Origin: Candidatus Velthaea sp.
GTDB taxonomy: Bacteria > Vulcanimicrobiota > Vulcanimicrobiia > Vulcanimicrobiales > Vulcanimicrobiaceae
Length of the DNA: 39,137 nt
Assembly: GCA_050012475.1 (NCBI GenBank)
Contig: JBEKHC010000041.1
Span: 1 to 39,137, forward strand
Direction: 5' to 3'
In this document: positions 1 to 8,381 of the stretch, one piece after another
Layout of the letters: each line of letters begins with the position of its first letter
Numbering within the stretch: the stretch's first letter is position 1
The notes under the pieces: generated by a model
Seen by the model: the letters and a program-made list of their open reading frames with translations, nothing else
Told to the model about the DNA's origin: nothing
Databases searched by the model: none
Position numbers and translations under genes: made by a program

Positions 1-197
1 CAGCCGCTCGTTTGACTGATGAGTCGCACAAGGGGCCGTCCGGCAGATCGAGCATCGGCCGCGAGCCGCCGAAGCATTCCCATATAAACGACGAGCCGAT
101 GTGTTTACCGTTTGGCCAGACCCGTGCTGCGGCGTGCGTGTTACTTTTGTGGCAATCACTGCACCACTGGTGTGTGCAGCGATGTCGGGAGGCTCGC

Positions 198-878
198 ATC
201 GCTACTATCAAAGCGGAGCCCTATGCGTTCGATCTCGAACCGGCTCGCGTCGCCCTGGTCATCATCGACATGCAGCGTGACTTTCTTGAACCCGGCGGGT
301 TCGGGGCCGCATTGGGCAACGATGTTTCGCAACTTCGGCGTGCGATCGGGCCGACGCGGCGGTTACTCGAAGCCTCACGCGCAGCCAATATATTCGTCGT
401 TCACACGCGCGAAGGCCACCGGCCCGACCTTGCCGATCTGCCGCCGGCGAAAGCGGCGCGCGGGCGTTTCAAGGTCGGCATCGGCGACCGTGGCCCGATG
501 GGCCGAATCCTCGTTCGCGGCGAAGCCGGACACGATATCATCCCCGAACTTGCGCCGCTGCCCGGGGAACCCGTCGTCGACAAGCCCGGGAAAGGTGCGT
601 TTCACGCCACCGATCTCGACGCGCTGCTCAAGAACCGCGGCATCACGCAGTTGCTCGTCTGTGGCGTGACCACCGAAGTGTGCGTGAACACGACCGTGCG
701 CGAAGCGAACGATCGCGGCTACGACTGTTTGGTGCTCGAGGATTGCACGGGTTCTTATTTCGCGGAGTTTCACCTGATGGGATTGCGCATGATCGCCGCG
801 CAAGGCGGCATCTTCGGCTGGGTCGGCGAGTCGTCGTCGGTCGTCGCCGCACTGCAGCCGCAGGCGGTCGGCGTATGA
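198..878 (+). CDS. trtA: Triuret hydrolase TrtA-like cysteine hydrolase (isochorismatase family); start uncertain (ATC198 after SD, or GTG174)
   Basis: Catalytic Asp/Lys/Cys motifs [21 protein letters not shown]. Carries the TrtA-type rather than BiuH-type residues: [10 protein letters not shown] (F,L,N), TEVC (E), SYF (Y), QGGIFG (I). GGGAGG at 187-192. Confidence 0.85.
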   Translation: MATIKAEPYAFDLEPARVALVIIDMQRDFLEPGGFGAALGNDVSQLRRAIGPTRRLLEASRAANIFVVHTREGHRPDLADLPPAKAARGRFKVGIGDRGPMGRILVRGEAGHDIIPELAPLPGEPVVDKPGKGAFHATDLDALLKNRGITQLLVCGVTTEVCVNTTVREANDRGYDCLVLEDCTGSYFAEFHLMGLRMIAAQGGIFGWVGESSSVVAALQPQAVGV

Positions 879-2458
879 TCGAGACGGAGATGGTCGTCGC
901 CCAGGCCGACACCGCAGTGATTCGTCCGGCCGGTCCCGTTCGTCCGTGGGTCACCGGCGATTGGAACGGCTTTTTCGGCCTCTTCACCAACGTGCTGCTC
1001 AACGTCATCGTGTTGTCGGGCTTGAGCTTGGGCGTCGTGAAACTGCCGCCCGAAATCGTGTTCTCGCGTATTTTGCCGGCGCTGGGCATCGCGCTGCCGA
1101 TCGGCAATCTTTTCTACGCGTGGATGGCCTGGAAACTCGCGAAACGCGAAGGCCGCGATGACGTTACGGCGCTCCCGTACGGACCTAGCGTTCCGCATAT
1201 GTTCATCGTCGTGTTCTTGATCATGCTGCCCGTGTATCTCAAGACCAACGATCCGATTCTGGCTTGGCGCTTGGGTCTGGCCTGGGCGTTCATCATCGGC
1301 TGCGTGGTGTTGGCGGGTGCGTTCATTGGACCGACCATTCGGAAGTACACGCCGCGTGCCGCGATGCTGGGAACGCTCGCCGGGATTTCCATTGCGTTCA
1401 TCTCGATGCGGCCCGCATTTCAAATGTGGGAAGTCGCGTGGCTGGGATTGCTGTCGTTCGGGATCGTGCTCGTCGCCTGGACCGCGAACGTTCGGCTCCC
1501 ATTCGGGCTTCCGGGCGGACTCGTCGCCGTCGTGCTCGGCACGGCCGTCGCGTGGGTGACGACCCTGTTGGGCTGGAGCGATCTCATGCACCCCGCGCAA
1601 GTCGGCGCGGCGCTGGGCACGTTTGGCTTGCATCTGCCTCGGCCGTCGGGCGACGTGATCAGCGGCCTGCGCGATATCGGACCGCTGCTGGTCACCGCGA
1701 TTCCGCTTGGCATTTACAACTTCACCGAAGGGATGAACAACGTCGAGAGTGCCGCTGCGGCGGGCGACAACTACGATCTGCGCCAAGTGCTCATCGCCGA
1801 CGGTTCAGGCGCGATCATCGGGTCGCTGTTGGGAAGTCCGTTTCCGCCCGCGGTGTACATCGGGCATCCGGGTTGGAAATCCGTCGGCGGCCGCATCGGC
1901 TACTCGCTGGCGACCGGTGTCGTCATCGCCGTCGTCTGTTTTCTGGGCTTGACCGCATTGCTCTTGGCGGTCGTGCCGCTCGTCGCGATTCTGCCGATTT
2001 TGCTCTACATCGGTTTGGTGATCGGATCGCAGGCGTTTCAAACCACGCCCGCCCGGCACGCACCCGCCGTCGTTTTGGCGCTGCTGCCGAACATTGCGGC
2101 GTGGGCGCAGTCGCAGATCGACGGCGCCCTGGGTGCGGCCGGCACCACAGCGGCGAAGGTCGGGATGGACAAGCTCATGGACAACGGCGTGGTCTATCAC
2201 GGGATGGCGCTGCTCGGAGGAGGTGCGGTGCTCGCCGGGCTCATTCTCGGTGCGATTCTCGTGTTCATCATCGATCGGCGCTTCGATCGCGCCGCGGTCT
2301 ACGCGGTCGCGGGAGCCGTGCTGTCGTTCTTCGGCTTCATTCACGGAACGTCGCTGGGCGTCGGCGCATCGACGCAAGTCGCGATCGGATATCTCTTCCT
2401 AGCGGTCATCTGCGTGGCGCTCGGCTTGAGAAATCGTGCGCCGCAGCCTGTCGCCTGA
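875..2458 (+). CDS. NCS2/xanthine-uracil-like permease, probable triuret/biuret-family substrate importer
   Basis: Many hydrophobic helices; [30 protein letters not shown] motifs; ATGA overlap with the trtA stop. Confidence 0.8.
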   Translation: MIETEMVVAQADTAVIRPAGPVRPWVTGDWNGFFGLFTNVLLNVIVLSGLSLGVVKLPPEIVFSRILPALGIALPIGNLFYAWMAWKLAKREGRDDVTALPYGPSVPHMFIVVFLIMLPVYLKTNDPILAWRLGLAWAFIIGCVVLAGAFIGPTIRKYTPRAAMLGTLAGISIAFISMRPAFQMWEVAWLGLLSFGIVLVAWTANVRLPFGLPGGLVAVVLGTAVAWVTTLLGWSDLMHPAQVGAALGTFGLHLPRPSGDVISGLRDIGPLLVTAIPLGIYNFTEGMNNVESAAAAGDNYDLRQVLIADGSGAIIGSLLGSPFPPAVYIGHPGWKSVGGRIGYSLATGVVIAVVCFLGLTALLLAVVPLVAILPILLYIGLVIGSQAFQTTPARHAPAVVLALLPNIAAWAQSQIDGALGAAGTTAAKVGMDKLMDNGVVYHGMALLGGGAVLAGLILGAILVFIIDRRFDRAAVYAVAGAVLSFFGFIHGTSLGVGASTQVAIGYLFLAVICVALGLRNRAPQPVA

Positions 2459-3221
2459 CGTCGCGACGATCGCTGCCGAACTCGAAGCTGCACGGCGGGG
2501 CCGGCGAGCGATTGCGCCGCCGGCGGAACTGGCAGCGCTGACGCTTTCCGAAGCCTACGACATTCAAGATTTCGCCACCGCGCGCCGCGAGTCGGCTGGA
2601 GCGGTGCGTTCGGGTTGGAAGCTGGGACTGACGAGCCGCGTGAAGCAGCGCGCGATGGGCATCGACCATCCGCTGTTTGCACCGCTCTTCACGGATGGAT
2701 TGCTCGCCAGCAGCAGCCGCGTGCTCTACTCGGGCTTCATTCGGCCGCGCGCCGAACCGGAGCTCGCGTTCGGTCTCAAAGCGCCGCTCGACGGCGCCGG
2801 GGATGTCGATTCACTCATGGAGGCGGTCGCGTGGATCGCCCCGGCGCTGGAGATCACCGACAGCCGCTATCTCCCCGGTTCGCGCTCGGCCGTCGAACTC
2901 GTCGCCGATCATGCTTCGGGAGCAGCCTACGTCATCGGCGGCCGGGTGCGCTTCGACGCCGCAACGCGCCTCGACGCCATCGGCACGCAGATCATTCGCG
3001 ACGGCAGCGTGCTCGCCGGCGGAACGACCGCCGATGTCCTCGGCGATCCGTTTGCCGCGCTGCAATTGCTCGCCGAGCATTTGGGGACCCGCGGCTTTCA
3101 CACCAAGGCCGGCGATGTCGTTTTGAGCGGCGCGATTACGGACGCCTTCCCGGCCGCACCCGGCGACCGCTTCGAGGCGCGGTTGCGCGGACTCGGCACG
3201 GCCTCGGTCGTCTTCGTCTAA
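2436..3221 (+). CDS. FAH-superfamily protein, 2-keto-4-pentenoate hydratase / 4-oxalocrotonate decarboxylase subgroup
   Basis: GWKLGLTS, PRAEPELAF, LEITDSRY, VLGDP, GDVVLSG motifs; overlaps the permease stop. Confidence 0.85.
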   Translation: MRRSLSPDVATIAAELEAARRGRRAIAPPAELAALTLSEAYDIQDFATARRESAGAVRSGWKLGLTSRVKQRAMGIDHPLFAPLFTDGLLASSSRVLYSGFIRPRAEPELAFGLKAPLDGAGDVDSLMEAVAWIAPALEITDSRYLPGSRSAVELVADHASGAAYVIGGRVRFDAATRLDAIGTQIIRDGSVLAGGTTADVLGDPFAALQLLAEHLGTRGFHTKAGDVVLSGAITDAFPAAPGDRFEARLRGLGTASVVFV

Positions 3222-3281
3222 GCCGATTTGCTCGAAGCGTCGGGGAATGGGTCCGACTCCGCGCGCGGAACACCACGTCGC

Positions 3282-3473
3282 ATGAGCGATGCTCCTCCGC
3301 AAGCGATCACGGCATACGTCGAGGCTGCAGCCGTGTTGACGAAGCTGCCGCTCGACGCCGATCGCGTGCACGCTGCAGCGGTGGCGATGACCCGGATCGC
3401 GGACTTCGCAGCGGACGTCGAAGCGTTCGCGCTGGGCGACGACGTCGAGATCGCCGGCACGTTCCCGGCGTGA
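3282..3473 (+). CDS. atzG: AtzG-like (DUF4089) small accessory subunit
   Basis: 63 aa helical protein (YVEAAAVLTKLPL...EIAGTFPA) whose stop overlaps the atzE start (GTGA). Confidence 0.75.
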   Translation: MSDAPPQAITAYVEAAAVLTKLPLDADRVHAAAVAMTRIADFAADVEAFALGDDVEIAGTFPA

Positions 3474-4819
3474 ACGCGCTCGAACTTGCCGGCGCGGTGC
3501 GCAAGCGGTTGATGACGGCGCGCAAAGTCGCCGAAACGACGCTGAGCCGGATCGCCGCGACCGACGCGCGGCTGGCGGCGTTCACCGCGGTCTTCCCCGA
3601 ACGTGCGATGACGCGCGCCGCGCATCTCGATGCGGAGATTGCCGCCGGCCGCGACCCCGGTCCGCTCGCCGGCGTGCCGTTCGCGGCGAAGAATTTGTTC
3701 GATGTTGCGGGCATCGTGACGCGCGCCGGAGCGAAGGTGACCGCCGGACACCATCCGGCAGCGCGCGACGCGGATGCCGTCGCCGCGCTCGAAGCACGCG
3801 GCGCCATCCTCGTCGGCGTCACCAACATGGATGAATTCGCGTACGGGTTCGTGACCGAAAATGCGCACGACGGAACGACGCGCAATCCGCACGACCTCGA
3901 GCGCATTGCGGGCGGCTCGTCCGGCGGTTCGGCGGCGGCGGTGGCCGCCGATCTCGTTCCGCTTGCGCTGGCGTCGGACACCAACGGCTCGATTCGCGTC
4001 CCCGCCGCGCTGTGCGGAATCTTCGGCATCCGGCCGACGTTCGGGCGGCTCTCGCGCCGCGGAGCGTTTCCCTTTGCCAGCAGTCTCGACACGGTCGGTC
4101 CGTTTGCCCGGACGGCGACGGATTTGTGCGCGGCGTACGCGGCGCTCGACGCGAGCTTTTCTCCGTATACGGGAGAACTCGCCGGCCTGCGGTTTGCCCG
4201 CCTGGGCGGATACTTCGATACGGGTCTCACGCGCGAAGCCCGGCGTGCGGTCGAGCATGTTTGCGCGGCGCTGGGCGCGGTCGACGACGGCACCCTCGAT
4301 GAAGCCGCGCGGGCCCGGCAGGCCGCCTTCATCATCACCGGCGCGGAAGGCGGAGAACTGCACGCTGCGCGGCTCCGCACGAACGCCGACGAATTCGATC
4401 CTGCGACGCGCGACCGGCTGGCTGCCGGCGCGCTGTTGCCCGCGGCGTGGTACATCCGCGCGCAACGCTTCCGCTCGTGGTTCCGCGAGCATCTCGCGGA
4501 ATGCTTCACCCACATCGATGTGCTCGTTGCTCCGGCGACGCCGTTTTCCGCAACGCTGGTCGGACAGCGTTCGCTCGTCGTCGACGGCCTCGACATCGAA
4601 ATCCGGCCGAATCTCGGTGTCTTCACCCAACCGCTGTCGCTCGCCGGCGTTCCGGTCGCGACGGTACCCGTGATTGCGCCGGACACGCTGCCGCTCGGCG
4701 TGCAACTGATCGGGCGCGCCGGCAGCGAAAACGTGCTGCTTGCACTCGCCATGGAGTTGGAACGGCGCGGCGTCGTCGGCGCCGGAGCCCCCTCCGCGCT
4801 GCTCGCGACGGCCAGGTAA
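3470..4819 (+). CDS. atzE: AtzE-family amidase (1-carboxybiuret hydrolase-like)
   Basis: Amidase signature AKNLFD, NMDEFAYGF, GGSSGGS, SDTNGSIRVP; preceded by an atzG-like gene. Confidence 0.85.
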   Translation: MNALELAGAVRKRLMTARKVAETTLSRIAATDARLAAFTAVFPERAMTRAAHLDAEIAAGRDPGPLAGVPFAAKNLFDVAGIVTRAGAKVTAGHHPAARDADAVAALEARGAILVGVTNMDEFAYGFVTENAHDGTTRNPHDLERIAGGSSGGSAAAVAADLVPLALASDTNGSIRVPAALCGIFGIRPTFGRLSRRGAFPFASSLDTVGPFARTATDLCAAYAALDASFSPYTGELAGLRFARLGGYFDTGLTREARRAVEHVCAALGAVDDGTLDEAARARQAAFIITGAEGGELHAARLRTNADEFDPATRDRLAAGALLPAAWYIRAQRFRSWFREHLAECFTHIDVLVAPATPFSATLVGQRSLVVDGLDIEIRPNLGVFTQPLSLAGVPVATVPVIAPDTLPLGVQLIGRAGSENVLLALAMELERRGVVGAGAPSALLATAR

Positions 4820-4832
4820 CGCGCCGGCCACG

Positions 4833-6188
4833 GTGCGCACCGGCAGCGAGGCGTTGCCCGCATTCTATGCGTCGGGCGGCAGCGTTCACGAGCGTTTGGG
4901 CGAGGTTCACGCCGCGATCGATCTGCGCGATCCGGTCTGGATCGCCGCGGTTTCGGACGTCGCGCTGGGCGAACGCACGCGGGCGCTCGATGCGCTCGGG
5001 CCCGCGGCGCGCGCAGCGCTGCCGCTGTTCGGCATGCCGTTCGCCGTCAAGGACAACATCGATGTCGCGGGCTTGCCCACCACGGCGGGCTGCCCGGCAT
5101 TCGCCTATGCCCCGGCGCGCTCGGCGACCGTCGTCGAGCGGCTCGAACGAGCCGGCGCCGTCGTCCTGGGCAAGACGAATCTCGACCAGTTCGCGACCGG
5201 TTTGGTCGGCACGCGTTCGCCCTACGGCGTGCCCGCCAATCCATTCGATCCGGCCTACATTCCGGGCGGGTCGAGTTCGGGTTCGGCGGTCGCCGTCGCG
5301 CGCGGATTCGTCAGCTTTGCGCTCGGAACGGATACCGCCGGTTCGGGCCGCGTTCCGGCGGGTTTTACCGGAACGATCGGCGTCAAGCCCACGCACGGTA
5401 TCATCAGTGCCGCGGGTGTCGTGCCCGCGTGCCGTTCGCTCGACTGCGTCTCGATCTTCGTGCGCACGCTCGACGAAGCGGCGCTGATCCTCGATGTCGC
5501 GGCCGCGCCCGATCCGCGCGATCCGTTCTCGCGCGAGCGGCCGGCGGCGGCCGCCGTCGGGCTGGCCGCGGACCCAGCGCGACCGTTCGTTTTCGCGGTG
5601 CCGCTGCCCGAACAGCGCATCTTTTTCGGCGACGACGAAGCGCGCGACCAATTCGAGCGGTCGATCGCGCGGCTCGTCGCGCGCGGCGGCAGCGCGCTGG
5701 ACGTGGACCTCGCCTGCTGCTTCGAGGCGGCCGCATTGCTCTACGACGGCCCCTTCGTCGCCGAGCGCACCGCGGCGGTCGGCGATTTCGTCGATGCGCA
5801 TCCCGAGGCGGTCCTGGACGTCACCCGGACAATCGTGCAAAGCGGGCGCCGCTACAGCGCCGTCGACACCTTTTCAGCGTTGTACGAGCTGCGCGCGTTG
5901 CGCAATGCGGCGGCGGAGATTTTCGCCCGCGCAGCGATTCTCGTCGTGCCCACGAGCCCGACGATCTATCGGATAAGCCAGATCGAAGCCGAGCCGTTCC
6001 TCTACAATTCACGCCTGGGGACGTACACCAATTTCGTCAATCTGCTCGATCTTTGCGCGCTTGCCGTGCCGGCCGGCGCGTACGCCGGCGGAGTGCCGAT
6101 CGGCGTAACGTTCATCGCGCCGGCCTTTGCGGACGCGTCCCTGCTGGCGTTCGCGCGCCGGTTTCTCCAGGAACCGCCAGTCGCTTAG
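4833..6188 (+). CDS. atzF: Allophanate hydrolase, amidase domain only
   Basis: KDNIDV, KTNLDQFATGLVGTRSPYG, GGSSSGS, GTDTAGSGRVP, LGTYTNFVNLLD; about 451 aa with no C-terminal domain. Confidence 0.9.
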   Translation: MRTGSEALPAFYASGGSVHERLGEVHAAIDLRDPVWIAAVSDVALGERTRALDALGPAARAALPLFGMPFAVKDNIDVAGLPTTAGCPAFAYAPARSATVVERLERAGAVVLGKTNLDQFATGLVGTRSPYGVPANPFDPAYIPGGSSSGSAVAVARGFVSFALGTDTAGSGRVPAGFTGTIGVKPTHGIISAAGVVPACRSLDCVSIFVRTLDEAALILDVAAAPDPRDPFSRERPAAAAVGLAADPARPFVFAVPLPEQRIFFGDDEARDQFERSIARLVARGGSALDVDLACCFEAAALLYDGPFVAERTAAVGDFVDAHPEAVLDVTRTIVQSGRRYSAVDTFSALYELRALRNAAAEIFARAAILVVPTSPTIYRISQIEAEPFLYNSRLGTYTNFVNLLDLCALAVPAGAYAGGVPIGVTFIAPAFADASLLAFARRFLQEPPVA

Positions 6189-7720
6189 CTGCCGCCCGGC
6201 CCGCCCTGCGACGTTCGCATGAACGCGGTTTGCCAAGTCGGCCGCGGCGGAACCAAGAGTCCCGCTTCGGGCGCTGAAGGCGCACGAACGGCGCGGCGTG
6301 ACCGGCTCAAGCTCCGGCTGAGGCTCACGCTCATTGCGGCCATGGCCATCAAGGCCAGCCAAACCGGGATCTTTTCCGCGACGTCGCGGGCATCGGGCGT
6401 CGAATAGGGTAGGTCGCGCGAAACGTATGCGGCCCAGTCGGCCGAGCCGAAGTCGTGCGCTCCGACGATCATCGGCGCAACGGTGGTGGGTGGTCCGACT
6501 TTGTGTCGCGGAATCGCTTCGATTGCCGTCGCGATGACGATCGTGGCGATCACGGCGGCGACGACTGCCGTCGCGCGCGTCGCCGTGGGCTTGGCGCGCA
6601 GCGCGACGAGCACCGCGCCGACGACCGCTGCGATCTCCAGGAAGCCGATTTGTTCGCGAGCGCCGGCGAGGCTCCAGGCGTGCCACGGAAACACGATCGC
6701 GATGAGCGCGGAGGCGCGCACGAACAAGGGCGGCCGGGTCGACGCCGCGAGGATGAAGGCCGCCGGAATCGCCGCCGCCATCTGCAAATCGTGCACGAAC
6801 GGTCCGCCGAGCAGCGCCAGCGCCGGTGGCAACAGCGTGACCAACAGTTCGGAACCGGCGGCTTTGGCCGTCCGCCGGGCGATCGCCACCCCGAGGGCGG
6901 TCATCACGAAGTACGACAAGCTTCCGGCGGCGAGCGCGAAACGATCGGGAAGACCCAAAATATGCAGCACGCGCGTGAGGCTGTACTGGTCCTGGGCGGC
7001 AATTTCCGCTGCGGCATGGAGCGGCAACACGGTGTGGAAGTACTCGATGTTCGCCGGGATCCCGATCGTGGCGACGCTGATCGAAGCCAGGGCCGCGGCG
7101 CACGCGACGAACGGCACGCGGGTCTTGGGCCACCAGATGAACATCGACAAGCACGCCGGCAGCCCGATGTGCGGCTCGATCATCGCCAGGGAGCCGACGA
7201 TCGCCGCCGCCGTGTAGCGCTTGGAACTCCCCAGGATGGCGCTCACGACGAGCGCGCCGACGGCGACCGGTGGAAGCTCGCCGTAGGTCAGATTGAAATA
7301 TCCGTCGACCATCGCCAGGCAGAGCAGCGCGACGAGTGGTGAGACCTTCGCGCGCTGCGCAAGCAGCACGGCGGTCATCAAGATCGCGGCGAGGATGAAG
7401 TAGAACCAGATCGTCCGGACGACCGTAAACGGCAAACGCGCCATAAGTGAGAACGCCGCGAGCGCGTAGCCCGGCAGCGGGGCCGGCTCGACCCATGGAG
7501 CTGTCCGGTCCGCATCGTACCGCAGTTCGCACGAACGCATCGGTTCAACCTGATAGGGGTCGGCCTTTTGGTTCGCGGCTTGACCCGCGCAGTACCAGAC
7601 CGTCGTGTCCGATTGGCTAAAGTGCGATGCGGGCTTGAAGTGTCCGTCGCCCAAGAGGCCGGCCATGGCCACGACGACGGCGAGCATCCCCAGGATCTCG
7701 AATATCCGTTTCACGTTCAT
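6185..7720 (-). CDS. Polytopic membrane protein, GT-C (GT87-like) glycosyltransferase candidate
   Basis: N-terminal TM, then SDTTVWYC..DPY and PLPGY loop motifs, followed by many TM helices. Confidence 0.55.
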   Translation of the reverse strand: MNVKRIFEILGMLAVVVAMAGLLGDGHFKPASHFSQSDTTVWYCAGQAANQKADPYQVEPMRSCELRYDADRTAPWVEPAPLPGYALAAFSLMARLPFTVVRTIWFYFILAAILMTAVLLAQRAKVSPLVALLCLAMVDGYFNLTYGELPPVAVGALVVSAILGSSKRYTAAAIVGSLAMIEPHIGLPACLSMFIWWPKTRVPFVACAAALASISVATIGIPANIEYFHTVLPLHAAAEIAAQDQYSLTRVLHILGLPDRFALAAGSLSYFVMTALGVAIARRTAKAAGSELLVTLLPPALALLGGPFVHDLQMAAAIPAAFILAASTRPPLFVRASALIAIVFPWHAWSLAGAREQIGFLEIAAVVGAVLVALRAKPTATRATAVVAAVIATIVIATAIEAIPRHKVGPPTTVAPMIVGAHDFGSADWAAYVSRDLPYSTPDARDVAEKIPVWLALMAMAAMSVSLSRSLSRSRRAVRAPSAPEAGLLVPPRPTWQTAFMRTSQGGPGGS

Positions 7721-7721
7721 C

Positions 7722-8345
7722 CTAATTCGTCAACCGTGCAAGTGAAGCGATGCTGGCGCCGGCACCCACAAGCATGAGTGCGGAGCAGGCGCGGTTGAGC
7801 CACATCATGCGCCCTAGCGTCAGTCCGGCGCGCCAGCGGTCGAGAAATAACGTCAGCGCAATCCAGTATGCGCAGCCCCCGGCAAAAAACGTGAGGAAGA
7901 AGATCGCGTCCTCGACCACCGAGTGGACCGCGATGCCCAGGCCGGCGAAGAGTGCCGCGAACAAGACGATGTCGGCCGGGTTGGCCAGCGCGATTCCCAA
8001 TGCCGCACCGAAACCGCCCGCCAGCGTTCCGTTCGTGGGGGTGGTGTCCTTGGGCAGCGCCGGCCGCGACCGCCAGATGAAGACCGCGACGACGGCCAGG
8101 ACGGCCGCGATCACGACGTGCCAAAGGTTCGAAAACGGCGCGAACAGCCGCGGCAGGAGCGTCCCTCCGGTCACGCCGATCGTGGCATAGATCGCCACCG
8201 CGATCGCATCGCCGGCACCGGCTGCGATGCCGGCGCGAAAGCCATAGATGAGCGACCGGCGGATGCAGATCGTCGATACGGGACCAACCGGCGTCATGAC
8301 GACGAATCCGGCCGCGAATATCGTCGCGAGGGTAGCGATGTTCAC
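7722..8345 (-). CDS. LysE/RhtB family exporter
   Basis: TPVGPV, GxGD and ALANP motifs; 207 aa, hydrophobic. Confidence 0.8.
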   Translation of the reverse strand: MNIATLATIFAAGFVVMTPVGPVSTICIRRSLIYGFRAGIAAGAGDAIAVAIYATIGVTGGTLLPRLFAPFSNLWHVVIAAVLAVVAVFIWRSRPALPKDTTPTNGTLAGGFGAALGIALANPADIVLFAALFAGLGIAVHSVVEDAIFFLTFFAGGCAYWIALTLFLDRWRAGLTLGRMMWLNRACSALMLVGAGASIASLARLTN

Positions 8346-8381
8346 GAAGTAGTTTCGTCCTTCAACTGACGAGGTGAGCAG

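Noticed and set aside
1..83. Possible divergent ORF start on the minus strand ([10 protein letters not shown]...)
   Set aside because: Only about 27 codons are visible, with no recognisable motif.
113..127. Sigma54-like GG-N10-GC motif (TGGCCAGACCCGTGC)
   Set aside because: Several mismatches to TGGCACG-N4-TTGC; expected by chance at this GC content.
198..878. Calling the first gene biuret hydrolase biuH
   Set aside because: The discriminating positions are TrtA-type (F,L,N,E,Y,I) rather than BiuH-type (Y,M,Y,D,T,V).
2615..3469. 734-aa ORF suggesting an N-terminally extended AtzE fusion
   Set aside because: The extension is Arg-rich off-frame translation over the FAH and atzG genes; the real start is GTG3470.
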